Shown piece after piece: positions 18,192 through 26,448 of a stretch of 64,000 nucleotides of DNA; within the stretch, counting starts at the first letter, position 1, and the number at the start of each line of letters is the position of its first letter. This stretch comes from Candidatus Micrarchaeota archaeon (GTDB lineage: Archaea; Micrarchaeota; Micrarchaeia; Anstonellales; Bilamarchaeaceae): NCBI GenBank assembly GCA_014730115.1, contig WJIU01000024.1, positions 41,316 through 105,315 of the forward strand, read 5' to 3'. The notes beneath the pieces are model-generated. The model ran no database searches, was not told where the DNA came from, and saw nothing but the letters and a program-made list of their open reading frames with translations. The position numbers were made by a program, and so were the translations under genes.

Positions 18192-19130
18192 ATGGTGCTC
18201 ACACAACTGGTTGTACTGCTGATTGGCTTGGGAGTGGTCAGCTTTTTCAGCGAAAGGGCCGTACTGTGCTCCACGCAACTTGCCAAAAGGCTGAAGGTTC
18301 CTCCATTGGTCATCGGGGTTATTCTGATATCAGTCGGAACCGACATTCCAGAAATCGCAAATTCCATTTTTTCCTCATACGCCAACCATGGCGACATCAA
18401 TGTGGGCGACACCCTGGGCTCCTGCCTTACCCAGATAACCCTTGTATTCGGCCTGGCAGTGCTGCTGGGAGGCTCGGCGATTGCCCACCGCAAAAACATT
18501 CTTATCCTGGGAGCCTGCGCAATTGCTGCAGTTGCGCTCGCAGCACTGGTCGTGCTGGATGGCCACCTGACCAGAAGTGACGCACTGCTCCTGATACTTT
18601 CCTACATTATACTTATCGCAGTTTCAGCAAAATTCACTATCAAAGAGATTGGATATGCAAAAGAGCCGGATTTGTTTTGTCCCAAGGAGGAAGGCTACCT
18701 CCTCACTACCCTTAGTTTGGTTCTTTCCCTGATATTCGTGGTTGTCGGAGCAGTGCTGGTTATTGAGTCCGCAATAGAAATATCAACCAGCCTTAAACTT
18801 CCGGAATTTTTCATAAGCTTTTTCGTAATCGGGATAGGGACCTCTCTTCCGGAGCTGTCTGTTGAGCTCGCTGCACTCAGGCAGAAGCAGTATGGAATTC
18901 TGCTGGGAGACCTTATGGGAAGCAACATAACCGATGCAACCCTTGCCCTCGGCATAGGGCCCTTGCTATTCCCCACCATTATTAGCGGGGAAGTCATCAT
19001 TCCATTTGCTTTTTACGTTGTTTTTGCTACCCTGGTCACGGTTGCCCTCTTTGCATGGAGGGAAAAAATGGACAGGCATTCTGCAATTGTACTGATAGCG
19101 GTATACCTGTCATCTCTAATGCTTACTTAG
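18192..19130 (+). CDS. Na+/Ca2+ antiporter (CaCA family)
   Basis: Alpha-repeats GTDIPE..GDTLGS and GTSLPE..GDLMGSN. Confidence 0.9.
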   Translation: MVLTQLVVLLIGLGVVSFFSERAVLCSTQLAKRLKVPPLVIGVILISVGTDIPEIANSIFSSYANHGDINVGDTLGSCLTQITLVFGLAVLLGGSAIAHRKNILILGACAIAAVALAALVVLDGHLTRSDALLLILSYIILIAVSAKFTIKEIGYAKEPDLFCPKEEGYLLTTLSLVLSLIFVVVGAVLVIESAIEISTSLKLPEFFISFFVIGIGTSLPELSVELAALRQKQYGILLGDLMGSNITDATLALGIGPLLFPTIISGEVIIPFAFYVVFATLVTVALFAWREKMDRHSAIVLIAVYLSSLMLT

Positions 19131-19416
19131 ACTCATGAATCCGCTTTTCTGCCAGCTCCAGTGCCTTCTTGGAAGCTCCCAGAAGGATTTTGCTCAGTCC
19201 GGATTTCCTTAGCGGAGGCCGGGCAACATAAATAAAACTCGCTTTTCCCTTTGCCACGCCCTTCTTCTTTTCTTCCTCAGAGTCAAACTTGATGTCGGCT
19301 TTGGAAAGTATTATCATGTAGGGCCTTTTCTTGCATTTTTCCTCAATTATCTTTGAGCATTCCTTTATCGCATCCCTCAGGTCTTCGTCTACTTCTTCCT
19401 GCTCCATGGAAACCAC
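19123..19416 (-). CDS. Hypothetical protein
   Basis: 97-aa charged ORF with TTTAAA upstream. Confidence 0.55.
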   Translation of the reverse strand: MVSMEQEEVDEDLRDAIKECSKIIEEKCKKRPYMIILSKADIKFDSEEEKKKGVAKGKASFIYVARPPLRKSGLSKILLGASKKALELAEKRIHESK

Positions 19417-19596
19417 AGGAGTAAATCGGGCTTTGTTATTTTAAAGAAACATGCAGCCTGGAAGATGAGGCCCGCTTCTTTTGAACCCAGAAACTGCAAA
19501 AATAAACATCCTCTATAACAGGATATGTGCAAATCCGTCATTAGACGTCTAAAAATATGCAAACTATTAAAAATGTGGCCTAAGTTTATACAGACT

Positions 19597-19721
19597 CTGC
19601 GGGTTTGCAGAATCCTCTGGTCTGGGATACGGTCTTGTAAGGAAATGGCTGAACGTACAAGTCCGGTTATTGTCCTAGATTAGAGCCATCGTTTTATGGC
19701 TTCGGCTGTAAATCCCCGCAG
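19597..19721 (+). ncRNA. Candidate 125-nt structured non-coding RNA (three-way junction), family unknown
   Basis: TATA-like TATTAAAA at about 19565; four nested helices with several G-U pairs; U-rich tail at 19727. Confidence 0.6.
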
Positions 19722-19762
19722 GCAACTTTTCTTATTTTAAAATACTCATATTTTTGGGTAGG

Positions 19763-20083
19763 TCAAAAAACCCAGCTTATGTCGTAAGCCAGAAGAACCA
19801 GTATTGCAACCAGATGCAAAAGACCAACAAAAAGAAATCCTTTACGGTTTTTTCCCAGAATGCTGTTGCTGAGTTCCGGGACCGGCTTTATGGACTGGTT
19901 ATAAAAAAACCAAAAGCAGAAGTTCATAATTCCCCCGCCAGTTGTGGGGATGACTATGCTATAGGGAAAATCAACCCGGGCCAACAGCACGTAAGCAAGC
20001 CCCAGGAACAACGGGGATGCAAGAACAAGAATGTTGAGGACAGCTCTTTGTCTGGAAATCATCCGGGAATAATTGATAACCAC
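19763..20083 (-). CDS. Small hypothetical membrane protein
   Basis: Hydrophobic segments; weak start. Confidence 0.35.
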   Translation of the reverse strand: MVINYSRMISRQRAVLNILVLASPLFLGLAYVLLARVDFPYSIVIPTTGGGIMNFCFWFFYNQSIKPVPELSNSILGKNRKGFLFVGLLHLVAILVLLAYDISWVF

Positions 20084-20246
20084 AGCTTATATAACAGTTG
20101 CATAGGCAGAAGTGCTGCTTCCGCACATATGCGGGAAAGCGGTGCTGATGCGGTTTGTTCATACTTGTTCACGCCAGTTCCTGATAGCATTTATATTCCG
20201 TTCATGTGTCATTATTTCGGCCTTGGGGCCGGATGGAGGTGTTATC

Positions 20247-20672
20247 ATGAACAGGACGAAATTTTTGGGCATCGTGCTCGGATGCATCGGTGTAGTGCTT
20301 TTGGGGGGAGGCATCTATCTGGCGGTGTCCTATGTGGGGGCTACGATGAATGCAATGATTAATTTTTTTACTACAAACAGTGGTGCACTATCAAGCTGCG
20401 GCATAAGCATTCCGGATGAAATCGCTGCACTGAAAGACCAGGTAGCAACGACCATTCTTCCGGGGCTTTATCTGGGCGTTCCGCTTGCCGTAATTGTGAT
20501 ATCCGCAGTAATGTTTGCCGGCGGCTACTACTATGGCAGGGGCTCTTACCGGGACCAGCTTGACAGGAAAATGAAGCAGGAGGAAGAACTGAAAGAGGAA
20601 ATTGAACGCCGGATAAGCGAGAAAAAGCGGAAGCCTGCTAAAGAAGAGCCTGCAGAAGAGGAGGAAGAGTAA
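20247..20672 (+). CDS. Two-TM membrane protein with charged tail
   Basis: SD GGAGGTG before ATG 20247; two hydrophobic helices. Confidence 0.7.
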   Translation: MNRTKFLGIVLGCIGVVLLGGGIYLAVSYVGATMNAMINFFTTNSGALSSCGISIPDEIAALKDQVATTILPGLYLGVPLAVIVISAVMFAGGYYYGRGSYRDQLDRKMKQEEELKEEIERRISEKKRKPAKEEPAEEEEE

Positions 20673-20723
20673 TCTTTTTTCTTGATAAGAAATCATGATG
20701 CGGGACATCAGACTTCAAGTATA

Positions 20724-20751
20724 AGTGCTCCCGCCGGGATTCGAACCCGGG
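20724..20751 (-). repeat. att-like duplication of the tRNA-Glu 3' end (28 bp)
   Basis: agtgctcccgccgggattcgaacccggg identical at 20724-20751 and 21486-21513. Confidence 0.92.
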
Positions 20752-20844
20752 GTCAGGACCACTTACAAAAAATGCAATATCCAGCATGTTTGTACAGTAA
20801 TTTGTATGTGGAGCATTTATCATTTTAGATTCTAACAATCAGGT

Positions 20845-21093
20845 TCATTTGTATATTTTTTTCCTGTGGCCTAAAGATCTTATGAAAACAGTTTTTTCTT
20901 TCTGCATGATATCTGCAATTATCCTGTAATCTCCAACTCTCAACTTATATTCCTCTCTTCCAGCAAGTCTTTTAAAGAAATGAATTGGATTTTTCTGTGT
21001 CTCATTTATCTTTTCAATTATTCTTTTTGCCGTATTGTTATCAAGTTTTTTCAATTGATACAAAGATTCCTCAGAATAGACAACCTTGAACAT
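20845..21093 (-). CDS. relE: RelE/ParE-family toxin
   Basis: LKKLD..KRIIEKI..NP..KRLAG..YKLRVGDYRII..LGHRKKIY. Confidence 0.9.
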   Translation of the reverse strand: MFKVVYSEESLYQLKKLDNNTAKRIIEKINETQKNPIHFFKRLAGREEYKLRVGDYRIIADIMQKEKTVFIRSLGHRKKIYK

Positions 21094-21094
21094 C

Positions 21095-21337
21095 TTACTC
21101 AATTCCAAGTTGCTTCTTCACTTCTTCCACAGAATATGTTCTTCCGTGTTTAATGTCAGATAAAGATCTGAGCAAAGATGCTCTGAATTCATCATTATAT
21201 TCTCCTTCATCATCCCCAGATGGTACTAAATCTATCAACATTCTCAGTAGCTCATCATATGTCTCTCTTTTGCTGGTTTTAAGTCTGGAAAGCATCTCTC
21301 TTGTCTCTGGGCTTATTTGAATTGAAGTATATGCCAT
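21095..21337 (-). CDS. Cognate antitoxin (RHH-like)
   Basis: TSIQISPETREML..ETYDELL; DIKHGRTYSVEEVKKQLG; directly upstream of relE. Confidence 0.85.
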   Translation of the reverse strand: MAYTSIQISPETREMLSRLKTSKRETYDELLRMLIDLVPSGDDEGEYNDEFRASLLRSLSDIKHGRTYSVEEVKKQLGIE

Positions 21338-21345
21338 AAAATCAC

Positions 21346-21372
21346 TATAGATATATTATAGATTTATCTATA
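21346..21372. promoter_or_regulatory. Probable TA autoregulatory operator
   Basis: Inverted repeat TATAGATA-N11-TATCTATA 8 bp upstream of the antitoxin start, with a third TATAGAT in the spacer. Confidence 0.55.
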
Positions 21373-21487
21373 AAAGCCTTCCTATTCCAGTTTCAATTAC
21401 TAGATAGCTGTCATCATCATGTCCGTACTAGAAATCCTAATTATTTCTGGTTTTCCGCACCCTCCCTCTTGCGACGTGGAGAATGAG

Positions 21488-21696
21488 TGCTCCCGCCGGG
21501 ATTCGAACCCGGGTCTACGGAGTTCCCTGAATTTTTAGGAAGCCGTTTTGATCGAACTTTTCCTAAAAGTTCGTGAGAGTCCGTTATCCTTGACCGGGAT
21601 GTCCAACCTTTTTGACCTTTTCTTCCCCAGGGCTTTTTCGTGAACGTTTTTGCCCTTCGTTTGTAGCAGTCAAAAAGGTTCCTAGACTACAGGAGC
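21488..21696 (-). tRNA. tRNA-Glu(CTC) with two BHB introns (15/16: 21599-21681; 37/38: 21523-21573)
   Basis: Spliced GCTCCTGTAGTCTAG-CCCGGTCAAGGATAACGGACTCTCA-CTCCGTAGACCCGGGTTCGAATCCCGGCGGGAGCA; both junctions form BHB motifs. Confidence 0.93.
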
Positions 21697-21745
21697 TTGT
21701 TTCTATCTTTCAGCAATAGGATTTAAAAAATTAGAGAAAAGGGAA

Positions 21746-22042
21746 TTAAACCGGCTCAATGATGTCCTCCTCGCTTATAAGGTCAAAATCACTGCCTTCC
21801 TCCACGAAGATGTCCGAGATTTCAAGCTTGGAGCCATCGCTTTGATTCCCGGGCCCCTCCGGTGGGGGTATCAGCTCCTCATCTGAAAGAAGTCCATCAT
21901 CGTAATCTTCGTCCTGCACCGATACATCTGCGTCCCCCAGGCCCCCTCCGGGTGCAGGAGATTCATTGGCGGGGCTCCCCGCCTGGCCGGCACACCCGAA
22001 AAGCAGCAGCAGAACAAGTCCTGCAAGCAAACTCTCATTCAT
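21746..22042 (-). CDS. Small acidic lipoprotein
   Basis: Lipobox LFGC; D/E-rich low-complexity body. Confidence 0.7.
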   Translation of the reverse strand: MNESLLAGLVLLLLFGCAGQAGSPANESPAPGGGLGDADVSVQDEDYDDGLLSDEELIPPPEGPGNQSDGSKLEISDIFVEEGSDFDLISEEDIIEPV

Positions 22043-22964
22043 TTTCTCCGGACCTCATCTCATAGAGTATGTCCTTGAGACCCTGCGCGGCATCGCGAAG
22101 ATTGTCCCAGGCATCGTCATGCTGGCCTCCTTCGTACTGGCTGGTTCCGACATCAGAAAGGGTTTCAAAGGCCTCTTCCAGCTGGTCGGACACATCGGAA
22201 ACTTCACCCCCAAGGCCTGCCTCTACCGCATCCTCCTCCAGGACATCCAGTATGCTGTCAAGCTTCTCATGGCTGATGTGTGCTGCAAAGTGGAAGTTCT
22301 CCCCATTTCTGCAGCCGTTGAACAGGCAGTACTGGCCAATAGCATTCCTAACCTCTTCTGCATCCCGGGCATCCCCGATTGCAGAGTCGAGCGGGTCAAC
22401 GGTTGTTTCCTCGGCATCGTCTATAATTTCCTCCAGACCTTCCGTATCCACGCCTTTGGACTCCAGATTGTCGGACATGTTGCCGGCCCTTTCCAGGGCG
22501 TTTCGGTATGCCTCCACTTTTGCTTCCCCGAATCTCTTGATTGATTCGAAGTGGCATTGCCGGAAATCATCACGAATATCCCGGTAATCATCCCTTAGAC
22601 CCCTTCCTGCTCCTTGGGACATGTTGCCGCTCTTCCTCGCATCCAGGGCGTCCAGCCGGGCTTCCCTGAGATGAAGATTGAAAGAATTGTGCAGATAATC
22701 CCTGAATCCTTCTGCGTCTCCATCCTCAGCAAGGTCCTGGAGCTCTTCAACATCAGCTTCGATGTCATCCACATTGTCCTGCAGGTTTTGTGCCTCCAGA
22801 TGCTCAATGTGTGACTCCAAAACTCCTATGGTAAAATAGGCCCTGCATTCCGCATTGTCCAAAGCAGCCTCAAGGCCGTATCCCCCATGCCCAAAATGCT
22901 GCGGTGCAGCTGCTGCCAGGGAGGCAAACAGCAGCACAAACAAAGGCATTGCTTTCCATTCCAT
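22035..22964 (-). CDS. Secreted acidic alpha-helical protein
   Basis: Signal peptide LFVLLFASLAAA; SD GAGGTGA; D/E-rich helical bundles. Confidence 0.7.
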   Translation of the reverse strand: MEWKAMPLFVLLFASLAAAAPQHFGHGGYGLEAALDNAECRAYFTIGVLESHIEHLEAQNLQDNVDDIEADVEELQDLAEDGDAEGFRDYLHNSFNLHLREARLDALDARKSGNMSQGAGRGLRDDYRDIRDDFRQCHFESIKRFGEAKVEAYRNALERAGNMSDNLESKGVDTEGLEEIIDDAEETTVDPLDSAIGDARDAEEVRNAIGQYCLFNGCRNGENFHFAAHISHEKLDSILDVLEEDAVEAGLGGEVSDVSDQLEEAFETLSDVGTSQYEGGQHDDAWDNLRDAAQGLKDILYEMRSGENE

Positions 22965-23088
22965 GTTTTTCACCTCAACTCCGTGCAAGCGCACGGACAA
23001 TGGTATGGCCTCTTTGGAACGCGATTTATATCTTTCCTGAAACAAGTGGAACGTTTAACGACTGTAAAGCCTGGAACAGTGCGGAACG

Positions 23089-23946
23089 TTAACCGGTTTT
23101 CAGTGCATCCCCCAGGGTGAGTAGATTCCGGTTGCCCTTTTTTGATTTTACCAGGAGTCCTCTGTTCTCCAGAGAAGCCAGGCGCCGGGAAAGAGTTGCC
23201 TTTGGGATGTGGGTCTCAAGGTATATCCTGGCCTGGGTTGTCTTCCCCTTTCGGTTGTACACTTCCCTCATTATTTCCTTGTCCACCTCATCAAGTGACC
23301 TGAATATTTTGTTTGATTCCAGTGTTGAAACCTCTTCCTGCTTATGCGGGTGCCTGCTGACCATGTAATGGATAACCGGAATTGCAAATATTACAAGAAC
23401 TGCAAGGATTATTGCTGCAATGTTTGAGTCCCCGGCAGGGACAACTTCGTAGCCTGCCCGGATATGGGCCTTGTGGCTGGTGTCAATGCCCTCTGCCTCC
23501 CAGGCAATTGAAAGCGAGCTCCCCTCTCCGCTCACCGCGCCATTGGTGCTTTTCAGCACAGTGCCTGGGGGGAACACAACCACTGAAGAAAACTGGCTGA
23601 TGTTTTCTGAGGCTGAGGTGCCCAGGTCAAATGTCCAGAGTGATGCGTTCTTGGAGGTGAAAGAATCCGAATAAACCCTGTATCTCAGAAAATCATAGGG
23701 CACAGTTGTGCAGACGGCACTGTCTTTGACTGTATAATCCAAAGGCAGGCCGCTCCGGTCGGTTACCTGGACCTCGCCAGGGGGTGCGGAAAGGTTGAGG
23801 CAGAATTGCCGCTCCCCAGATTCAGGAAACTGGATAAGAAATTCAAAATCAGAAGTGCCGGCGGGGTGAATGGTGCCGGTAAGGTTCACTGAAGCAGAAA
23901 AACAAAGGCATGCAACAGACAAAACCGACAGAAGAACCTTATTCAT
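23089..23946 (-). CDS. Membrane-anchored winged-helix transcription regulator
   Basis: Signal peptide, beta-rich ectodomain, TM, then LDEVDKEIM..TQARI..IPKATLSRRLASLENRGLL..KGNRN. Confidence 0.8.
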   Translation of the reverse strand: MNKVLLSVLSVACLCFSASVNLTGTIHPAGTSDFEFLIQFPESGERQFCLNLSAPPGEVQVTDRSGLPLDYTVKDSAVCTTVPYDFLRYRVYSDSFTSKNASLWTFDLGTSASENISQFSSVVVFPPGTVLKSTNGAVSGEGSSLSIAWEAEGIDTSHKAHIRAGYEVVPAGDSNIAAIILAVLVIFAIPVIHYMVSRHPHKQEEVSTLESNKIFRSLDEVDKEIMREVYNRKGKTTQARIYLETHIPKATLSRRLASLENRGLLVKSKKGNRNLLTLGDALKTG

Positions 23947-23977
23947 GGAAAATCCTAGGGGAGGCAATCTTTATTAC

Positions 23978-24877
23978 TCATTTCTTTTTGGTCTTCTTTT
24001 TCTTGGCGGTCTTTTTCTTTGCTTTTTTCTTGGGTTTTTTAGAAGCTGCCTTCTTTGTCTTCTTCTTTGCCTTTTTGGCAGGTGCTTTCTTTTTGGTCTT
24101 CTTTTTCGGTTTCTTCTCTGCTTTTTTCTTGGCTGCTTTCTTCTTTTTGGCGGGCTTCTTCTTTTTGGCAGGCTCAGCAGGAGCTTCCTCGGCGGGCTTG
24201 GGCCTGGAGGATTCCTCCGGAGCATGGGATTTTAGCTTCTCCAGAAGGGACTCTATAAGATCTTCTCCTTTATCCGCACTCATATAAGGAATTTCGCCGG
24301 GCTCCGAAAATGACCTGGCTTCCTCCAGCTTCTTTTTGTCTGCAGTTTTGCCGCCGGGGCACAGGGCAAAATGGGTTGCCAGTATACCATCATTCACTTT
24401 TAGCATGGCGTCCCGGTCCCTGATAAGCGACTCAGTATCCTGGGACGGAACAAAAGGCCTGAGAATCTCATCGCGGGACTGGAACTGCATGGAAAGGGAA
24501 GGCCTTTCCCCCGGTTTGGAAATATTTAATCCTGGCCTCTTTACATCAGAGGAAAATTTAAGGGCATTGACAGCCCGGTCGGCAAGCTCTACCAAAACTT
24601 TCTTTTCCCCATCCGGCAGCGCTGATGAGATATTTGCCGCATCGCGGAAAATCTCCGGCAGAAGGGCTGCGGAATCGGCCCTGGTGCCATGGACAGCAAG
24701 GAATTCAAAGATGGCAGCCTTCATTGCTGCAGGGTCTTCCTGCCCCAGTGCCCAGGATTTCAGCTCCGTCCATACTTTATGGGCATTCTTCCCAGACTTA
24801 GAGATTTCCTCCGCCCTTTTCCAAAAACCGCCTGAGTTCTTTGAGTATGACATGATATCAGATAAATAGTGATTCAT
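23978..24877 (-). CDS. Hypothetical protein with histone-H1-like Lys/Ala-rich tail
   Basis: C-terminal PAKKKKPAKKKKAAKKKAEKK..KKK. Confidence 0.7.
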   Translation of the reverse strand: MNHYLSDIMSYSKNSGGFWKRAEEISKSGKNAHKVWTELKSWALGQEDPAAMKAAIFEFLAVHGTRADSAALLPEIFRDAANISSALPDGEKKVLVELADRAVNALKFSSDVKRPGLNISKPGERPSLSMQFQSRDEILRPFVPSQDTESLIRDRDAMLKVNDGILATHFALCPGGKTADKKKLEEARSFSEPGEIPYMSADKGEDLIESLLEKLKSHAPEESSRPKPAEEAPAEPAKKKKPAKKKKAAKKKAEKKPKKKTKKKAPAKKAKKKTKKAASKKPKKKAKKKTAKKKKTKKK

Positions 24878-24915
24878 GCAAATTATAATGTTTTCGCCTT
24901 GCTATAAAAACAGAG

Positions 24916-25096
24916 CGCCGAGAGGGAGATTTGAACTCCCAATCCCAAAGGGACACGCTTACCAGCAGGATTCCGCCAGAAGGCGGATTTCCAGGCCTGC
25001 GCTTCAGCCAACACAAAGTCAGTCAGAATGTGCGCACTACCGGATTTCACGCCCTGCAAAAGAAATATCAAATGCAGGACTTTATGCGATCTCGGC
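24916..25096 (-). tRNA. tRNA-Ser(GGA) with three BHB introns (15/16: 25045-25081; 29/30: 24997-25029; 37/38: 24960-24988)
   Basis: Spliced GCCGAGATCGCATAA-TCCGGTAGTGCGCAC-GCCTGGAA-AGCGTGTCCCTTTGGGATTGGGAGTTCAAATCTCCCTCTCGGCG; long variable arm. Confidence 0.9.
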
Positions 25097-25166
25097 TTAT
25101 GATACTAATACCTAAGCCCACCTAGGTTTTTAATCTTTATCAGCAATCTAAATCCGGGAGGATTCA

Positions 25167-26396
25167 ATGAGCTTAAAGCAGACAGACAATGAGATTTATG
25201 GTCTTTTGGAAAAGGAGTTCCAGTACCAGAGGAACACACTCAGGCTGATAGCATCTGAGAATTATGCAAGCAAGGCTGTAATGGAGGCCACCGGCTCGGT
25301 TCTGACCAACAAATACGCCGAGGGCTACCCCAACAAGAGGTATTATGCCGGAAACCAGTACGTTGACCAGGTGGAGATCACTGCCATTGAAAGGGCCAGG
25401 AAGCTCTTCAGGGTCGGGCATGCCAATGTCCAGCCACATTCCGGCTCATCCGCAAACATCGCAGCTTTCTTCTCGTTCCTGGAAGTCGGAGACAAGTTCA
25501 TGGGCCTGGACCTCCCCCATGGAGGGCATCTCAGCCACGGCTCACCGGTGAACTTTTCAGGAAAATGGTTCAATGCAGTGTCCTATGGCGTCAGCAAGGA
25601 AACCGAAGCCCTGGACTACGATGAAATAAGGAAGAGGGCAATTCAGGAAAAGCCCAAGCTCATAATATGCGGGTATACGGCATATCCTCTCCTGATTGAC
25701 TTCAAGGCATTCAGGGAAATCTGTGATGAAGTGGGGGCAGTGATGATGGCAGACATTAGCCACATTGCAGGCCTTATAGCCGGAGAAGCCTACCCGTCTC
25801 CAGCTCCTTATGCAGATGTGATCACAACCACGACCCACAAGACACTGAGAGGACCCAGGGGGGCAATAATAATGGGGCCTGAGGAAAATGCAAAGAAAAT
25901 AAACAAGGGCGTCTTCCCCGGAACCCAGGGCGGTCCACTGGAAAACGTAATAGCGGCAAAGGCGGTCTGCTTCCATGAGGCGATGCAGCCGGAATTCCGG
26001 GTTTATGCAGCGCAGGTAGTGAAAAATGCGAAGGCACTTGCCGAGGAGCTGGCTGCCAGAGGACTGAGACTGGTATCAGGCAGGACAGAGTCCCACCTGG
26101 TGCTTGTAGACCTTACACCCAAGGGAATAACAGGAAAGGGTGCCCAGATGGCTCTGGAAGAATCCGGAATAATCACCAACCGGAATACTATTCCATTTGA
26201 TACCAGAAGTCCGTTCATTACCAGCGGGCTCAGGCTTGGAACTGCGGCAGTGACCACCAGGGGAATGAAGGAAAGCGATATGGAGGAGATTGCATCCGGA
26301 ATAGTAAAGGTTCTTGAAAGCCCCAACGACAGCGAATTAAAGCTCAGGACAAGAAAGGAAGTAGAAGAGCTTTGCAACAGATTCCCAGTTTATTAG
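25167..26396 (+). CDS. glyA: Serine hydroxymethyltransferase (bacterial type)
   Basis: LIASEN, AEGYP..RYYAG, GGHLSHG, TTTHKTLRGPRG, VFPGTQGGPL. Confidence 0.95.
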   Translation: MSLKQTDNEIYGLLEKEFQYQRNTLRLIASENYASKAVMEATGSVLTNKYAEGYPNKRYYAGNQYVDQVEITAIERARKLFRVGHANVQPHSGSSANIAAFFSFLEVGDKFMGLDLPHGGHLSHGSPVNFSGKWFNAVSYGVSKETEALDYDEIRKRAIQEKPKLIICGYTAYPLLIDFKAFREICDEVGAVMMADISHIAGLIAGEAYPSPAPYADVITTTTHKTLRGPRGAIIMGPEENAKKINKGVFPGTQGGPLENVIAAKAVCFHEAMQPEFRVYAAQVVKNAKALAEELAARGLRLVSGRTESHLVLVDLTPKGITGKGAQMALEESGIITNRNTIPFDTRSPFITSGLRLGTAAVTTRGMKESDMEEIASGIVKVLESPNDSELKLRTRKEVEELCNRFPVY

Positions 26397-26448
26397 AGGA
26401 AAAAAAGATACGGGAATAAAAAAACAAGAAGACCTGTTTCAAAAAAGA

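Larger units (their letters stand above)
20724..21513. mobile_element. Mini genomic island at tRNA-Glu carrying a toxin-antitoxin pair
   Basis: Bounded by the 28-bp direct repeat; visibly AT-richer than the flanks; no integrase inside. Confidence 0.8.

Noticed and set aside
19597-19721. Calling this or 5630-5770 a 5S rRNA, SRP RNA or split-tRNA half
   Set aside because: Conserved 5S loop C/E, SRP helix 8 and tRNA T-arm motifs could not be placed; both are left as unassigned candidates.
20724-20760. Second tRNA gene or trans-spliced 3' half
   Set aside because: Only the T-arm and acceptor 3' strand are present, with no complementary leader; it fits an att duplication.
23870-24287. Phe/Leu-rich membrane-looking ORFs on + (also 26477-26749)
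   Set aside because: They are antisense shadows of the Lys-rich genes.
24876-25125. Short ORFs on both strands
   Set aside because: They coincide with the three-intron tRNA-Ser gene.
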